IMG/VR virus record: IMGVR_UViG_3300044627_003959
Strand: one strand, 5' to 3'
Source: an uncultured virus (IMG/VR IMGVR_UViG_3300044627_003959)
Lineage: Duplodnaviria; Heunggongvirae; Uroviricota; Caudoviricetes
Length of the DNA: 64,000 nucleotides
The notes beneath the pieces were generated by a model that was given only the letters and a program-made list of their open reading frames with translations, was not told where the DNA came from and searched no databases. Positions 45,951 to 55,352 of the stretch are shown here, in pieces. The position numbers were made by a program, and so were the translations under genes. The stretch's first letter is position 1. Every line of letters begins with the position of its first letter.

Positions 45951-47177
45951 ATGGACACTACAAAACCACTCCAATTCGCCAGCGTACTCGATCGCATCAA
46001 GACTTTTCAACAAAGTAAACTTGCTGCTGATACTTCTTCTGTGAAAGATCCTGCAGATAAGGGTACAGTTGGAATCCCTAAGGATCCAGAAAATACACCC
46101 GCAAAGGAAAACATGCCTGCTAGCGACGATAATACCGTTTCTAACGAAGGTTCAAAAATTGAAGATAAGCAGCTTCATCCTGTTTCAACAGGTAAGAATG
46201 TTCCTTCCACTTCTAACGGTAATTCAAAAGAAAATGCTTCTAGCCCTACTGATTCTCTCAGCAAGATCGCTAAGCGTGTTTCTTCCGTTACAGCCAAGCT
46301 CAAGCAGGCCGGGATGCTGGACGTTAAGGATACGGATGAAAAGAAAGCTGAAAAGCCTAAGACAGATAAAATCGAAGGCGAACCTGAATCTTCAGAAAAT
46401 ACCGATAAAGGAAATAAGGTTAAGCCTCCTTTTGGTAATTTGAAGGGCAAGGATGAAAAATCTGATAAAACAGAGAAGGAAGCCACTAATGATTCCATCG
46501 CTTCCGATATTTCGCCTGAAGCCCTTATGAAGCTTGCCGCGACAATTATAGCCACCGAGGGTGGGCTTGAAGCTGTGGAGCCTGTTCTCATGAAGGCCGC
46601 AGGGGTTGAAGCAGCGAGACAGATTATGGGTCAGGCTGTTGAATCCTACGCTGGCTTCGTACAAGAACAAGCTGCTTTAGATGAGTACGTTAAGCAGGCC
46701 TCAGTCGCGCAAAGTCAAGAAGATGCCGCTTTTGTGAATTTCTTTAAATCCGCCTCTACTAAAGATCAGGAACATATTGTCAAGTTCGCACATGTGCATG
46801 GTACTGCGCTCGGTAATATCGAAAATGAAATGCTTAAGCAGGCTTATATGCAGGGTGCTACCGACGCTGCGGCTATGGAAGACGCTGGCGGAGAAGCTCT
46901 CCCGGACGCAGAAGGTCCAGCTTCCATCGAGCAAATCGCACAACTTCTGGAGGCTATGGTAGCCTCTGGTGAAATTGACGAACAAACAGCAATGGGTATC
47001 CTGCAAGAACTCGCAGGCGCTGAAGGCGCTGAAGGTGCTGAAGGCGCTGAAGGCGCTGAAGGTGATGCCGAAGCTGCGGCTATGCAGGCTGCGGCCATGC
47101 AAGGCGGTGGCGGTGATGCTGAGTTTAAACAAGCCTCAGTTCTTTGCGAAAAGCTGCTTAACCAAGTTAAGTTTTAA
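45951..47177 (+). CDS. Probable scaffolding/core protein
   Basis: Acidic, low-complexity and helical; about 11 K-x-A motifs; between protease and capsid genes. Confidence 0.65.
   Translation: MDTTKPLQFASVLDRIKTFQQSKLAADTSSVKDPADKGTVGIPKDPENTPAKENMPASDDNTVSNEGSKIEDKQLHPVSTGKNVPSTSNGNSKENASSPTDSLSKIAKRVSSVTAKLKQAGMLDVKDTDEKKAEKPKTDKIEGEPESSENTDKGNKVKPPFGNLKGKDEKSDKTEKEATNDSIASDISPEALMKLAATIIATEGGLEAVEPVLMKAAGVEAARQIMGQAVESYAGFVQEQAALDEYVKQASVAQSQEDAAFVNFFKSASTKDQEHIVKFAHVHGTALGNIENEMLKQAYMQGATDAAAMEDAGGEALPDAEGPASIEQIAQLLEAMVASGEIDEQTAMGILQELAGAEGAEGAEGAEGAEGDAEAAAMQAAAMQGGGGDAEFKQASVLCEKLLNQVKF
47016..47060 (+). repeat. 9-bp coding repeat x5 (GAE)
   Basis: ggYgctgaa x5. Confidence 0.9.
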
Positions 47178-47182
47178 TTACA

Positions 47183-47599
47183 ATGCAAGATCAATCCTCC
47201 ATCAATCCGCAAGTAGTTACAGAGATTCTAGGCTTATGCTTAGAAGCTTTGGATGAAGCTAAATCTGCCTATCACGCAGCCAATCAGCAACAAGCTCGCG
47301 TTATCGAATTGGAGAAGGTCGCTGCAACTACTGTTACTACGCACAAGTTAGACACGGCTCTGGTCCAGCAGACCATCCGTAATCTTGTTGCTAGCTCATT
47401 TTTAGACGCTGAACATTCAGAAAAACTCGCATCAGAAATCCAAAAAGATCCTTCTGTTGCTTTGAGGTTAGTTCAGCGTTTCATCGAAATTTCCACGCCT
47501 CCCTTCTCCGAAGGGCAAGGAGTGCAGAAAAACGCGTCGGAGGAAACAAATCTAGGTGATCCAGATGGATGGGCTAGAGTAATTTCTAAAGGCGCTTAA
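47183..47599 (+). CDS. Small helical head assembly protein
   Basis: KSAY, KVAA, KLAS, KNAS motifs. Confidence 0.7.
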   Translation: MQDQSSINPQVVTEILGLCLEALDEAKSAYHAANQQQARVIELEKVAATTVTTHKLDTALVQQTIRNLVASSFLDAEHSEKLASEIQKDPSVALRLVQRFIEISTPPFSEGQGVQKNASEETNLGDPDGWARVISKGA

Positions 47600-47628
47600 C
47601 CCCAAACTAAACACAAGGAGACACTAAT

Positions 47629-48285
47629 ATGCCTAGATCAGGTCTAGTCAATACTCGGATCAAACCGAGAGTCACAGTTCTTCGCGGCTTCGATCCGAAC
47701 GCCCCGATGACCCTGACCCAGTCGCTCCCTGCCTTCACGGGCGTGTCGTCTAGCACGGGCATCTACTCCGGTCAGCTGGTATCTGCTGCTTGGGACTCTA
47801 CAAAGGGTTCTTATGCATGGGTACTCGGTCTTACCGGTGGCACAGGTGCCAATGCTTCCGTCCCGCACATCGCTCTACAAGATATTGTAGATCAAGATGT
47901 TTCCGAAGCTGGCAAGCTCACCGGGCTCTCATGCGCCGGTCAGTTCGAAATTCAAACGGCTTACTATACAGGCTTTAACGCCTCCTCAGGTAAGGTCGGT
48001 GCTGCTGTCGTTCCCTCCACGGGCACGGTTGGTTCCATCGCGCTTAGCACCACAACTGGCGAAGTTGTTCTTGGTTACGTTACCCGCGCTCCTATAGCCG
48101 AAGGTATGCAACCCGGCACTCCTAGCCAGTATCCCCAGATCACCATCTCTCCGTCCTATACTGGCGGTTCAGGCGGCACTGGCGCTGGTGCTATATTTTA
48201 CCCAGGTATCGACTCCAGCTCTACACGCCCTGCAACGGTTATCACTTTTGCTACAGCGTATAACGGCTTCAAAGTTGTTGCTTAA
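47629..48285 (+). CDS. Probable capsid decoration/cement protein
   Basis: Directly upstream of MCP; beta-rich; GKLTGL....FEIQT...GAAV...G...VLGYV; AGGAG RBS. Confidence 0.6.
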   Translation: MPRSGLVNTRIKPRVTVLRGFDPNAPMTLTQSLPAFTGVSSSTGIYSGQLVSAAWDSTKGSYAWVLGLTGGTGANASVPHIALQDIVDQDVSEAGKLTGLSCAGQFEIQTAYYTGFNASSGKVGAAVVPSTGTVGSIALSTTTGEVVLGYVTRAPIAEGMQPGTPSQYPQITISPSYTGGSGGTGAGAIFYPGIDSSSTRPATVITFATAYNGFKVVA

Positions 48286-48309
48286 TAACCTATAACCTAA
48301 GATAAATAT

Positions 48310-49266
48310 ATGTCGCAAGATGTTAATATTGAATCCCCAGAGGTTTTGAGCAAGAAACTTCTCGACGCGATTTCTCGCGCCGACGACGGCCTGCTCAAAA
48401 ATGCTTCGGATGCCGGTACCCAAATGATTCGCCGTAGGCTTCGTGAAAACGGATTTTCCCGTTTGATCCTGCCCTATAAGCAAGTCTCGGACGCTGACCT
48501 CAACTACCTCCCCGATACCGAATTGCCGGTCATTGTGGAAGAAATGGAGCCAGAATCCCCAGGTGCTAAGGCTATCCCGTTTAATGATACAGCCGACACA
48601 GCGTTCTATCGCGGTGACAAGTTTGTTGTGTATTTTTGTAAAATCACAACTCCCGAGTTTACCAAGAACGTTGACGAGCTGCGTACGTACAAAAATGACC
48701 TGCGTCAGGTGATCACCGACAACTCTCTGAAGGATATTCAGACAGAAGAAGATGGTCGCTTTATTAAGGAAGTGGACCGTATTTGCGCCGCTGGTGAGGC
48801 TGGTCTTACCCAGTCTTACACGATTAATTCCCTGATTACCCGTGACTCATACGCGGAAGCTCTTAGCTTCCTTGAGGATCGTAACCTTAACAACGGCGTC
48901 TTCCTTATGAACCGTCGCACTGCTAAGGACATCCTCCGTCTGGATCGTACGGAAATCGGTGGTGATCTCGCGGAAACTCTGTTCAAGTCTGGTCTCAGCG
49001 GTCTTCAGTCTGCTGAAATCATGGGCGTACGTCACATCTTCACCATGAAGCGCGATCTCGTTGCTGATGGTGTTGTGTACCAGTTCGCTGAACCGAACTT
49101 CCTCGGGCGTGCCTACGTTCTCCAGGACGTCACCATGTATGTTGAGAAGAAGAAGGACATCCTTCGCTTCTCAGCTCAAGAAAAGATTGGTATCACGTTT
49201 GCTAACGTGGCTGGTCTTAACAAGGTGAACTTCTCGGGTACCCGTTACTCCGCAGCTGTTGCTTAA
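48310..49266 (+). CDS. Major capsid protein (HK97 fold, inferred)
   Basis: Position after protease/scaffold/decoration; IRRRLRENGFSRLILP, IQTEED..F, FLMN, FAEPNFLG, EKIGITFAN; C-biased codons and a strong terminator behind it. Confidence 0.82.
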   Translation: MSQDVNIESPEVLSKKLLDAISRADDGLLKNASDAGTQMIRRRLRENGFSRLILPYKQVSDADLNYLPDTELPVIVEEMEPESPGAKAIPFNDTADTAFYRGDKFVVYFCKITTPEFTKNVDELRTYKNDLRQVITDNSLKDIQTEEDGRFIKEVDRICAAGEAGLTQSYTINSLITRDSYAEALSFLEDRNLNNGVFLMNRRTAKDILRLDRTEIGGDLAETLFKSGLSGLQSAEIMGVRHIFTMKRDLVADGVVYQFAEPNFLGRAYVLQDVTMYVEKKKDILRFSAQEKIGITFANVAGLNKVNFSGTRYSAAVA

Positions 49267-49295
49267 TTCTAACTTTAATTAGTTAGTTTTTAATT

Positions 49296-49327
49296 GGGCC
49301 GTAGGACTAAAATCCTACGGCCCTTTT
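49296..49327 (+). terminator. Intrinsic terminator after MCP
   Basis: GGGCCGTAGGA-CTAAAA-TCCTACGGCCC-TTTT. Confidence 0.85.
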
Positions 49328-49336
49328 ACTTTACTA

Positions 49337-49365
49337 TTGGCACAACGTACATTACATTGTATAAA
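49337..49365 (+). promoter_or_regulatory. sigma70-like promoter, probably leaderless
   Basis: TTGGCA-N17-TATAAA; ATG 7 nt downstream at 49373. Confidence 0.5.
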
Positions 49366-49372
49366 TACTATT

Positions 49373-50545
49373 ATGAGTAATCATTTATCCTCAAACATGG
49401 ATTTCATTAGTTCGTTTGTTACCGTTTGCTACGAAAATGGTTTGAACGAAAAACAAGCGTGCGCATTATTTGACGACTACGCCAAAAACGAATTTTATTT
49501 AAATGACAAAGATTTTAAAGAGGGATTCGACAATACCGTCAAGCAGGCCGCAGGTGTCGGCGGTGCCTTATACAATTTAGCCAAGGCAATCGGGACTGTA
49601 GCTATGAAACATCCTAAAATCAGCTTACCTGTAGGTGGCAGTTTAGCTGCTGGTGCGCTAGCGCCTGAAGGTATTTTACCAGATGATTATTCTGGTGGGG
49701 TACTAGCGGGTGGTGCGTTAGGTGGTTTACTGGGGCTTCTAGCCACAAAAGGTAAAGGGCTCGGTACCGCAGTTAAACGCTTAGGAACAGCGGCCACGCA
49801 AGGAGGCACGGGACGCACAACAACAGCACAAGGACTTAAGCTTTTAACACAGCCAAAATTATGGCGCGGTGTAGGCACAGGCGCGGCATCTGGAGCTGCT
49901 GCTGTTGGTGTTAATAAATTAACAGATTTTATTTCTAATATCCATCCAAACATTCCACCTGCCTTCAGAGTTCCCAGCTCAGCTGGAAAAGAGCAGAGTT
50001 CTAGGTCTGTTATGTCTAACCCTTATGAATTGCCCAATGAAGTAATGGCTAGGAATGTTGCAGGATTGAATACTTCCGGCGGCGCTTCCGATGTTTTATC
50101 CGGTAAAAAACAACAGCTTATAGAGCTGGAAAATAAAATTAGCGAGATGCAGAGAAGTCTCCCTATAGCTAGCAATCCCTCTGCCTATTCTGAACGTCTA
50201 GCTTTACAAGCACAACTTGATAACCTTAAAGAACAAAGAAATTTAATCTCTTCTAGTATAGATAGCGAAGCTCAGAATTTGGCGAACGAAAGTCAGATGG
50301 CTAGGGCCAATGCTTTAGAAAGACAAGACGCCGCTTCTAGGGGAGTACAGACGTATCAAAATGAGTATGAAAATTTAATGCGTAGACAACAAATAGAACA
50401 AGGCGGCGGAATCGGTGGTTCTTTAATGGGAATGTATAATCAGTTAACGGGCCTGCCTTCACGCTTAAAAACAATGGCTCCTGGCTACTCCGCCTACCAG
50501 TCAGAGTTAGAGCGGGCGCAAGCAGATCAAGCAGCATTAAAATAA
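49373..50545 (+). CDS. Probable internal virion protein with propeptide, Gly-rich segments and coiled coil
   Basis: FKEGFDNTVKQA|AG marks the switch to Gly-rich hydrophobic sequence. Confidence 0.7.
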   Translation: MSNHLSSNMDFISSFVTVCYENGLNEKQACALFDDYAKNEFYLNDKDFKEGFDNTVKQAAGVGGALYNLAKAIGTVAMKHPKISLPVGGSLAAGALAPEGILPDDYSGGVLAGGALGGLLGLLATKGKGLGTAVKRLGTAATQGGTGRTTTAQGLKLLTQPKLWRGVGTGAASGAAAVGVNKLTDFISNIHPNIPPAFRVPSSAGKEQSSRSVMSNPYELPNEVMARNVAGLNTSGGASDVLSGKKQQLIELENKISEMQRSLPIASNPSAYSERLALQAQLDNLKEQRNLISSSIDSEAQNLANESQMARANALERQDAASRGVQTYQNEYENLMRRQQIEQGGGIGGSLMGMYNQLTGLPSRLKTMAPGYSAYQSELERAQADQAALK

Positions 50546-50552
50546 TAACAAT

Positions 50553-50969
50553 ATGGGGTGCCTAACATCGGACGACGTAAGGATGTATATCTTCGATAGA
50601 ACTATCGAAGATAACGACCTACTTTTAGACTTAAACTTTGGCGAGGAAGAAATAGCTAACGCGATGGTTCGCGCGGCACGAGAATATGCGAGCATACCCC
50701 CGTACACCAGTACCGTACATGCCGCCTGTCTCCCGGATGACACTAACATGTTCTTAGATGCGATTGTGGCGCAACTGTACATGAGCGAAATGAATAAATT
50801 AATGCGCAACGATATCGATTACACCTCCGGGAATGTAACTACGAATTTAGTAGCTAAACGAATTAAACATTTATCTGAACTGGTAAAGTTTTATCAAGAT
50901 AGATTTAAAACTGCAGCCAAGGAGTGGAAAATTAGTGAGAACGTCAACGCCGGTTTTTATCATTTCTAA
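50553..50969 (+). CDS. Head-tail adaptor (neck) protein, putative
   Basis: Size and position after MCP; LTSDDVRMYI.D, RNDIDYTSG. Confidence 0.6.
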   Translation: MGCLTSDDVRMYIFDRTIEDNDLLLDLNFGEEEIANAMVRAAREYASIPPYTSTVHAACLPDDTNMFLDAIVAQLYMSEMNKLMRNDIDYTSGNVTTNLVAKRIKHLSELVKFYQDRFKTAAKEWKISENVNAGFYHF

Positions 50970-50971
50970 AA

Positions 50972-51793
50972 ATGAGCAGCCCTTTTTTAAATGTTCATGT
51001 CCAGCCTTCTTATGCTAAGAATCAGGCTGTTATAACCTGGACAGTGCGTCAAGGTTATACGGGGGCGGAATACTATGTTTTTAAATCTTATAACAAGGGT
51101 GTAGCGCCGTGGACATTAGTTAATGAACAAGCCGTATACACTAATTTATTACAGGACAAAAACCTTTTTGTAGATGGTGATCCGTACTATCGAGTATTGA
51201 TGGTATGGAGCGGGCAGGAATTTGATAGTCCTGTAGTCGGTACATTTGATAAATTATCTAAAGCGCAATACGGCGGTGTAAGTCGTATGATGCAGCTTGA
51301 ATACCTTCGTATGAGTACTGGTAACGGTATTCAAGTTCTTCATTACGTTCCTTTGTTGGATGGCGAATATATAGACAGTGTAGATCCTGAAACACAACAA
51401 GTGTACGGGTTACCCTGCAAAGAAGATTTCACATCAGATCTAGGAGAAATGTTTAAAGGCGGCTTCGCTAGTCCAGTGTACACGTGGGTAGAAATTTCTC
51501 GTTTTGGTGAAGATGAAAGGATTGAAGATGATGCTGGGTTGGGTGTAGATAGTAAACTAATACATCAAGCGCGTCTTTTGGCTTTCCCTAGACCTAAACC
51601 AAATCATGTAATTATTCATCCCTCCACAGATAACAGATATGCAATTACTACAAAAATAGCAGGAAACTTTTTTCGTGGTGTGTTTCCTATATCCTACGAT
51701 GTGGGTTTACAATTATTAAGAAAAACAGATCCGAGATATAAAATAAAAATACCTAGCGTTCTACCTAACCCATTGTGGGCTAAATATGAATAA
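50972..51793 (+). CDS. Head closure/neck protein, putative
   Basis: Synteny; FN3-like N-terminus. Confidence 0.5.
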   Translation: MSSPFLNVHVQPSYAKNQAVITWTVRQGYTGAEYYVFKSYNKGVAPWTLVNEQAVYTNLLQDKNLFVDGDPYYRVLMVWSGQEFDSPVVGTFDKLSKAQYGGVSRMMQLEYLRMSTGNGIQVLHYVPLLDGEYIDSVDPETQQVYGLPCKEDFTSDLGEMFKGGFASPVYTWVEISRFGEDERIEDDAGLGVDSKLIHQARLLAFPRPKPNHVIIHPSTDNRYAITTKIAGNFFRGVFPISYDVGLQLLRKTDPRYKIKIPSVLPNPLWAKYE

Positions 51794-52421
51794 AGAAAAT
51801 TATAAAGAATTGTTTAATTGTATGGGTGAGCCGTTGAATGGCTCTAATATTCGTACCGTGTTTCTGCTTCTTACTCGTGCGCATTATGCTGACCCAAAAA
51901 ATTATGGGTATCTAGAAGAACAATTAAAATGCGCAGTTTGGTCTCCGGATAAGTCCGTTTCTACAATAGAGATATCACCATCGCAGAGCTACGATATGAA
52001 CCGGGATAATAAACAACCGGCTATATACGTGGGTATGGATCGCCCATTCGAATTCAATAAGATTGATTTAGCCTCTAAGACGGCACACTTAGAGGATAAT
52101 AGCGGATATTTCTCTGGGCAGCTGGTCCGCGCTTCTGTAGGATTTATTCATGTGTTTGAAACTGTGGACCAGGCGTTACTTGCCGCTGATTGTACTGCTT
52201 CATTTTTCATAGGAATTAAACAGTCTTTAAAAGATCAATTAAACTTAAGCTCATTCGAACCCATATCCATCAGTCCCCCGGCGTTAATCGAAAAATCTCC
52301 AGAAAGATTCTTTAGAGTTGACGTTACCTTTGCTTTAGCGTTTAATTACAACGTGCTAGTCAATATTGAAAGTCATAGACTAAAAAAATTCGCTATTGAG
52401 TTTGTGTCTGAAGCGAGTTAA
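51786..52421 (+). CDS. Tail terminator/completion protein, putative
   Basis: Directly before sheath; PAIYV motif. Confidence 0.55.
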   Translation: MNKENYKELFNCMGEPLNGSNIRTVFLLLTRAHYADPKNYGYLEEQLKCAVWSPDKSVSTIEISPSQSYDMNRDNKQPAIYVGMDRPFEFNKIDLASKTAHLEDNSGYFSGQLVRASVGFIHVFETVDQALLAADCTASFFIGIKQSLKDQLNLSSFEPISISPPALIEKSPERFFRVDVTFALAFNYNVLVNIESHRLKKFAIEFVSEAS

Positions 52422-52476
52422 ACTTGCAATCAATAAACTTTACCTTAAGTTACATTAATTCCTAAAAGAGAAGAAT

Positions 52477-54816
52477 ATGCCTATCCCCAACTACGTTCGC
52501 CCTCAGCTTACAATCGAACAAATCCTCCAGCGTACCCCTGACGCCACCAGTGATCGCATCTCAGCCGTCATTATCGGGCGCGACTACCTTATTAATCGCG
52601 TCGGCGTAACTTCCGACATATATGCGGTGGACTTTAGCGCTACAGGTTACTCCGGCACCGGGCCTACTGCGGGTATTCCTTTCCAGGTTTACAATTCTAG
52701 CACGCAGGCCTACGATCCGCTGAATACCGATCTTTATACTGTTTCGGCAGCTAATACAAATCTTTACATTCAGAGCGGCGAGGGTATTCATTTAGACCTT
52801 GCCCAGTCTGATATGCAGGGTGGCGCAACCGGCACATGGAGAGTTAAGAGCGCGGCAGATTCTAATATTCTTGTGTTCTCTTCAGCTAGCGGCAAGAAAC
52901 TTGTATCTTCTTCTACTGCGGAGCTTTACCAGGAATTGGATGGTAGATCTGTGGGCACTGGTGATATTTTCTACGTCACCGAATCCAACGGCGCTACTCC
53001 ACGTAGACGCACTGTTACGGCGGTCTCTCCTACGGAGGTTACGTTAAGCGGACCTGCTGTGGGTAGTACTTCAGCCACGCCTGTTAGCGCTACCGCTAGC
53101 GCCACAGCCTCAGGCGCTACAGCTGTCACTCTTAGTTCTACAGCGGGACTTGCGGGTGGTCAAATATTGATCAGCGTGTCTGGAACTAGCTCATTCTATA
53201 CTGCCGGTACCTACATCTCTTCTGTTGGTGCCACAGGCGTTGTTCTTAGTTCTGGCGTCACAGCCGCAAATGGTTCTGGTTTAAGCTTCTCCAGACTTAT
53301 TAACGCGATTCAATCTACTGTGGTGGTTAATGAAAATCTAGCAACGACCCAGTACACTGTCGATGTAGATAATACACAGGTTAGCGCCATTAGTAACCCG
53401 ACTGTGGAAATTGCTGAATTTAATACCGGTGCTCAATCCCGTACCCTTAAAGATGGTTATGGTGAATTGATTGTTTCGTACAAAGCTTTACGTACGCCAA
53501 CGGCTACAGAAAGTCTGATTCCTATTGAGACTGCTTCAGATATTGAAACTAAACTCGGTACTATAGATCTTGAAAATGATTTAGCTTTTGGTGTTAACGA
53601 GGCCTTCTCTGGCTCCCAAGGTAAAACGGTGTACGCCCTGCGTGTGGCTGCGGATACGACCACTGCTTATACCTCTGCCCTGCTGAAGATAGAAGCTACA
53701 GATAATGTGTATGCTCTCTGCCCTCTCACTGAAAACCAAACAATTCAGCAACTGGTAGCTACTCACTGCGAATCCATGTCTCAGAAAGATGTGAAGAACT
53801 TCCGCAGATGCTACGTAGGCACCGACTCCCCCGGCGAATACGTCACACTGGCCCGTTATGATGAATCACCAATTCAAGTAGCGATAGACGTCACTGGCTC
53901 TGGTTATGTCCTTGATGTAATCACCTCCGGTGTAAATCTACTGCCTCTTAATCTGACCGATGGTGACATCGTAAAGATGATTGACTCGAACGGTAATTAT
54001 ACTGGAGCTGAATATGAAATCCTGACTGTAACTGATTCTAATACCATGTACCTGAAAACAGGGCCCGTCTCAGATCAGACAAATGTGTTTGCTGAGTTTT
54101 GGAAGGCTGACACACCAGAGAGCCAAGCGCAGTATGTCATTGATGTATCTTCAGCTCTTGGTAGCCGTCGCGCTGCTAATATCTGGACTGAAAATGGCAC
54201 GCGTCTCATTAATGGTATCACTACTGTAATTCCTAACAAGTACGTAGCAGCTGAAATAGCTGGTCTCCGTTCTGCTGTTATTCCTTGGCAGGGGCTGACC
54301 CTTACGGAAATCAATTCCATAACTGATGCGCCCGCGATGTACACACGCTACAATAAGACACTGCTTAACAGTGTTGCTGCAGCGGGCACTATGGTTGTGA
54401 CTCAGGAGGCTGAAACTGGTGCTGTGTTCATCAGACATCAGTTAACCACCAAGACTGACGCAGGCAGTTTAGCTTATGAAGATAGCATCGGTGTATCTCT
54501 GGATGATATTTCATTCAAGGTTAAAGATGCCCTGAACGGCTTCATAGGGCGCAAGAATGTAACCAGACAGACATTAGAAGAAATTTATAATGCTGTATGG
54601 ACTATTCTTAATGACTCTACAACTACCACAGCTATAGCGGATTATGGTCCGCAGCTTAACGGCTTCACCAATAAGGCCGGGGAGCGTAATAAAATTGATG
54701 TTACCGCTCACCCTACTTTGAAAGACAGAGTGCAGGTCTACGCTAGACTTCTTATGCCTCTTCCTCTCAATGTTCTTGAGGTTGTACTTGATGCCACAGT
54801 TGACTTTGCGCTGTAA
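52477..54816 (+). CDS. Contractile tail sheath protein
   Basis: Y..P...I.Q N-terminus; HCESMS, VAAEIAGL, VFIRHQLTT, PLPLNVLEV C-terminus; followed by a tube-sized gene. Confidence 0.85.
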   Translation: MPIPNYVRPQLTIEQILQRTPDATSDRISAVIIGRDYLINRVGVTSDIYAVDFSATGYSGTGPTAGIPFQVYNSSTQAYDPLNTDLYTVSAANTNLYIQSGEGIHLDLAQSDMQGGATGTWRVKSAADSNILVFSSASGKKLVSSSTAELYQELDGRSVGTGDIFYVTESNGATPRRRTVTAVSPTEVTLSGPAVGSTSATPVSATASATASGATAVTLSSTAGLAGGQILISVSGTSSFYTAGTYISSVGATGVVLSSGVTAANGSGLSFSRLINAIQSTVVVNENLATTQYTVDVDNTQVSAISNPTVEIAEFNTGAQSRTLKDGYGELIVSYKALRTPTATESLIPIETASDIETKLGTIDLENDLAFGVNEAFSGSQGKTVYALRVAADTTTAYTSALLKIEATDNVYALCPLTENQTIQQLVATHCESMSQKDVKNFRRCYVGTDSPGEYVTLARYDESPIQVAIDVTGSGYVLDVITSGVNLLPLNLTDGDIVKMIDSNGNYTGAEYEILTVTDSNTMYLKTGPVSDQTNVFAEFWKADTPESQAQYVIDVSSALGSRRAANIWTENGTRLINGITTVIPNKYVAAEIAGLRSAVIPWQGLTLTEINSITDAPAMYTRYNKTLLNSVAAAGTMVVTQEAETGAVFIRHQLTTKTDAGSLAYEDSIGVSLDDISFKVKDALNGFIGRKNVTRQTLEEIYNAVWTILNDSTTTTAIADYGPQLNGFTNKAGERNKIDVTAHPTLKDRVQVYARLLMPLPLNVLEVVLDATVDFAL

Positions 54817-54851
54817 TAGTTTAAATTTAAAATCAGTATTTAACAAATAAT

Positions 54852-55283
54852 ATGGCCACAGACTTTTTCGGTTATAATAGAACAGTAGGATCCAGTAACC
54901 AACTTTCGAGCTCGGAGTATGCCGCGCTTACGGTTGGCTCCCAAGTGATGCTCTGTCAAAATGTGACAGCTAACTACGCACAGGAAGTAAGACCCATTTA
55001 CGAAGTTGGTAACCCGTCTATCTTCTTCGTTCCCGGTCACGCGTCCGGTACTGTGCAATTTGGGCGTTTAGCTGGCGAGGGCGGTTTCTTCCAGCAGTTG
55101 CGTGATAGTAACTGTGGTAAGATTACGCCTGTGGCTATTAACTCGCAAGGTAGCGCATGCTTTGCTGGTAGTGGCGCGTTAAACTTCTCAGGCGCTATAA
55201 TTCAACAGGTGAGTCTTACTATGAGTGTAGGTGCTGTTGAGATTCAGGAGTCGGCCACATTGCAAGTAGCTACAATGTCTTAA
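54852..55283 (+). CDS. Tail tube protein
   Basis: 143 aa after sheath; YAQEVRPIYEVG...FFVPG..SGTVQFGRL. Confidence 0.8.
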   Translation: MATDFFGYNRTVGSSNQLSSSEYAALTVGSQVMLCQNVTANYAQEVRPIYEVGNPSIFFVPGHASGTVQFGRLAGEGGFFQQLRDSNCGKITPVAINSQGSACFAGSGALNFSGAIIQQVSLTMSVGAVEIQESATLQVATMS

Positions 55284-55320
55284 TCGGCATATCGCTTGAC
55301 TTTGTAATAAGAAAACCTTA

Positions 55321-55352
55321 AATAGCGGTTACCGAAGTAACCGCTATTTTTT
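55321..55352 (+). terminator. Intrinsic terminator abutting the next ATG
   Basis: AATAGCGGTTAC-CGAA-GTAACCGCTATT-TTTT then ATG at 55353. Confidence 0.8.
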
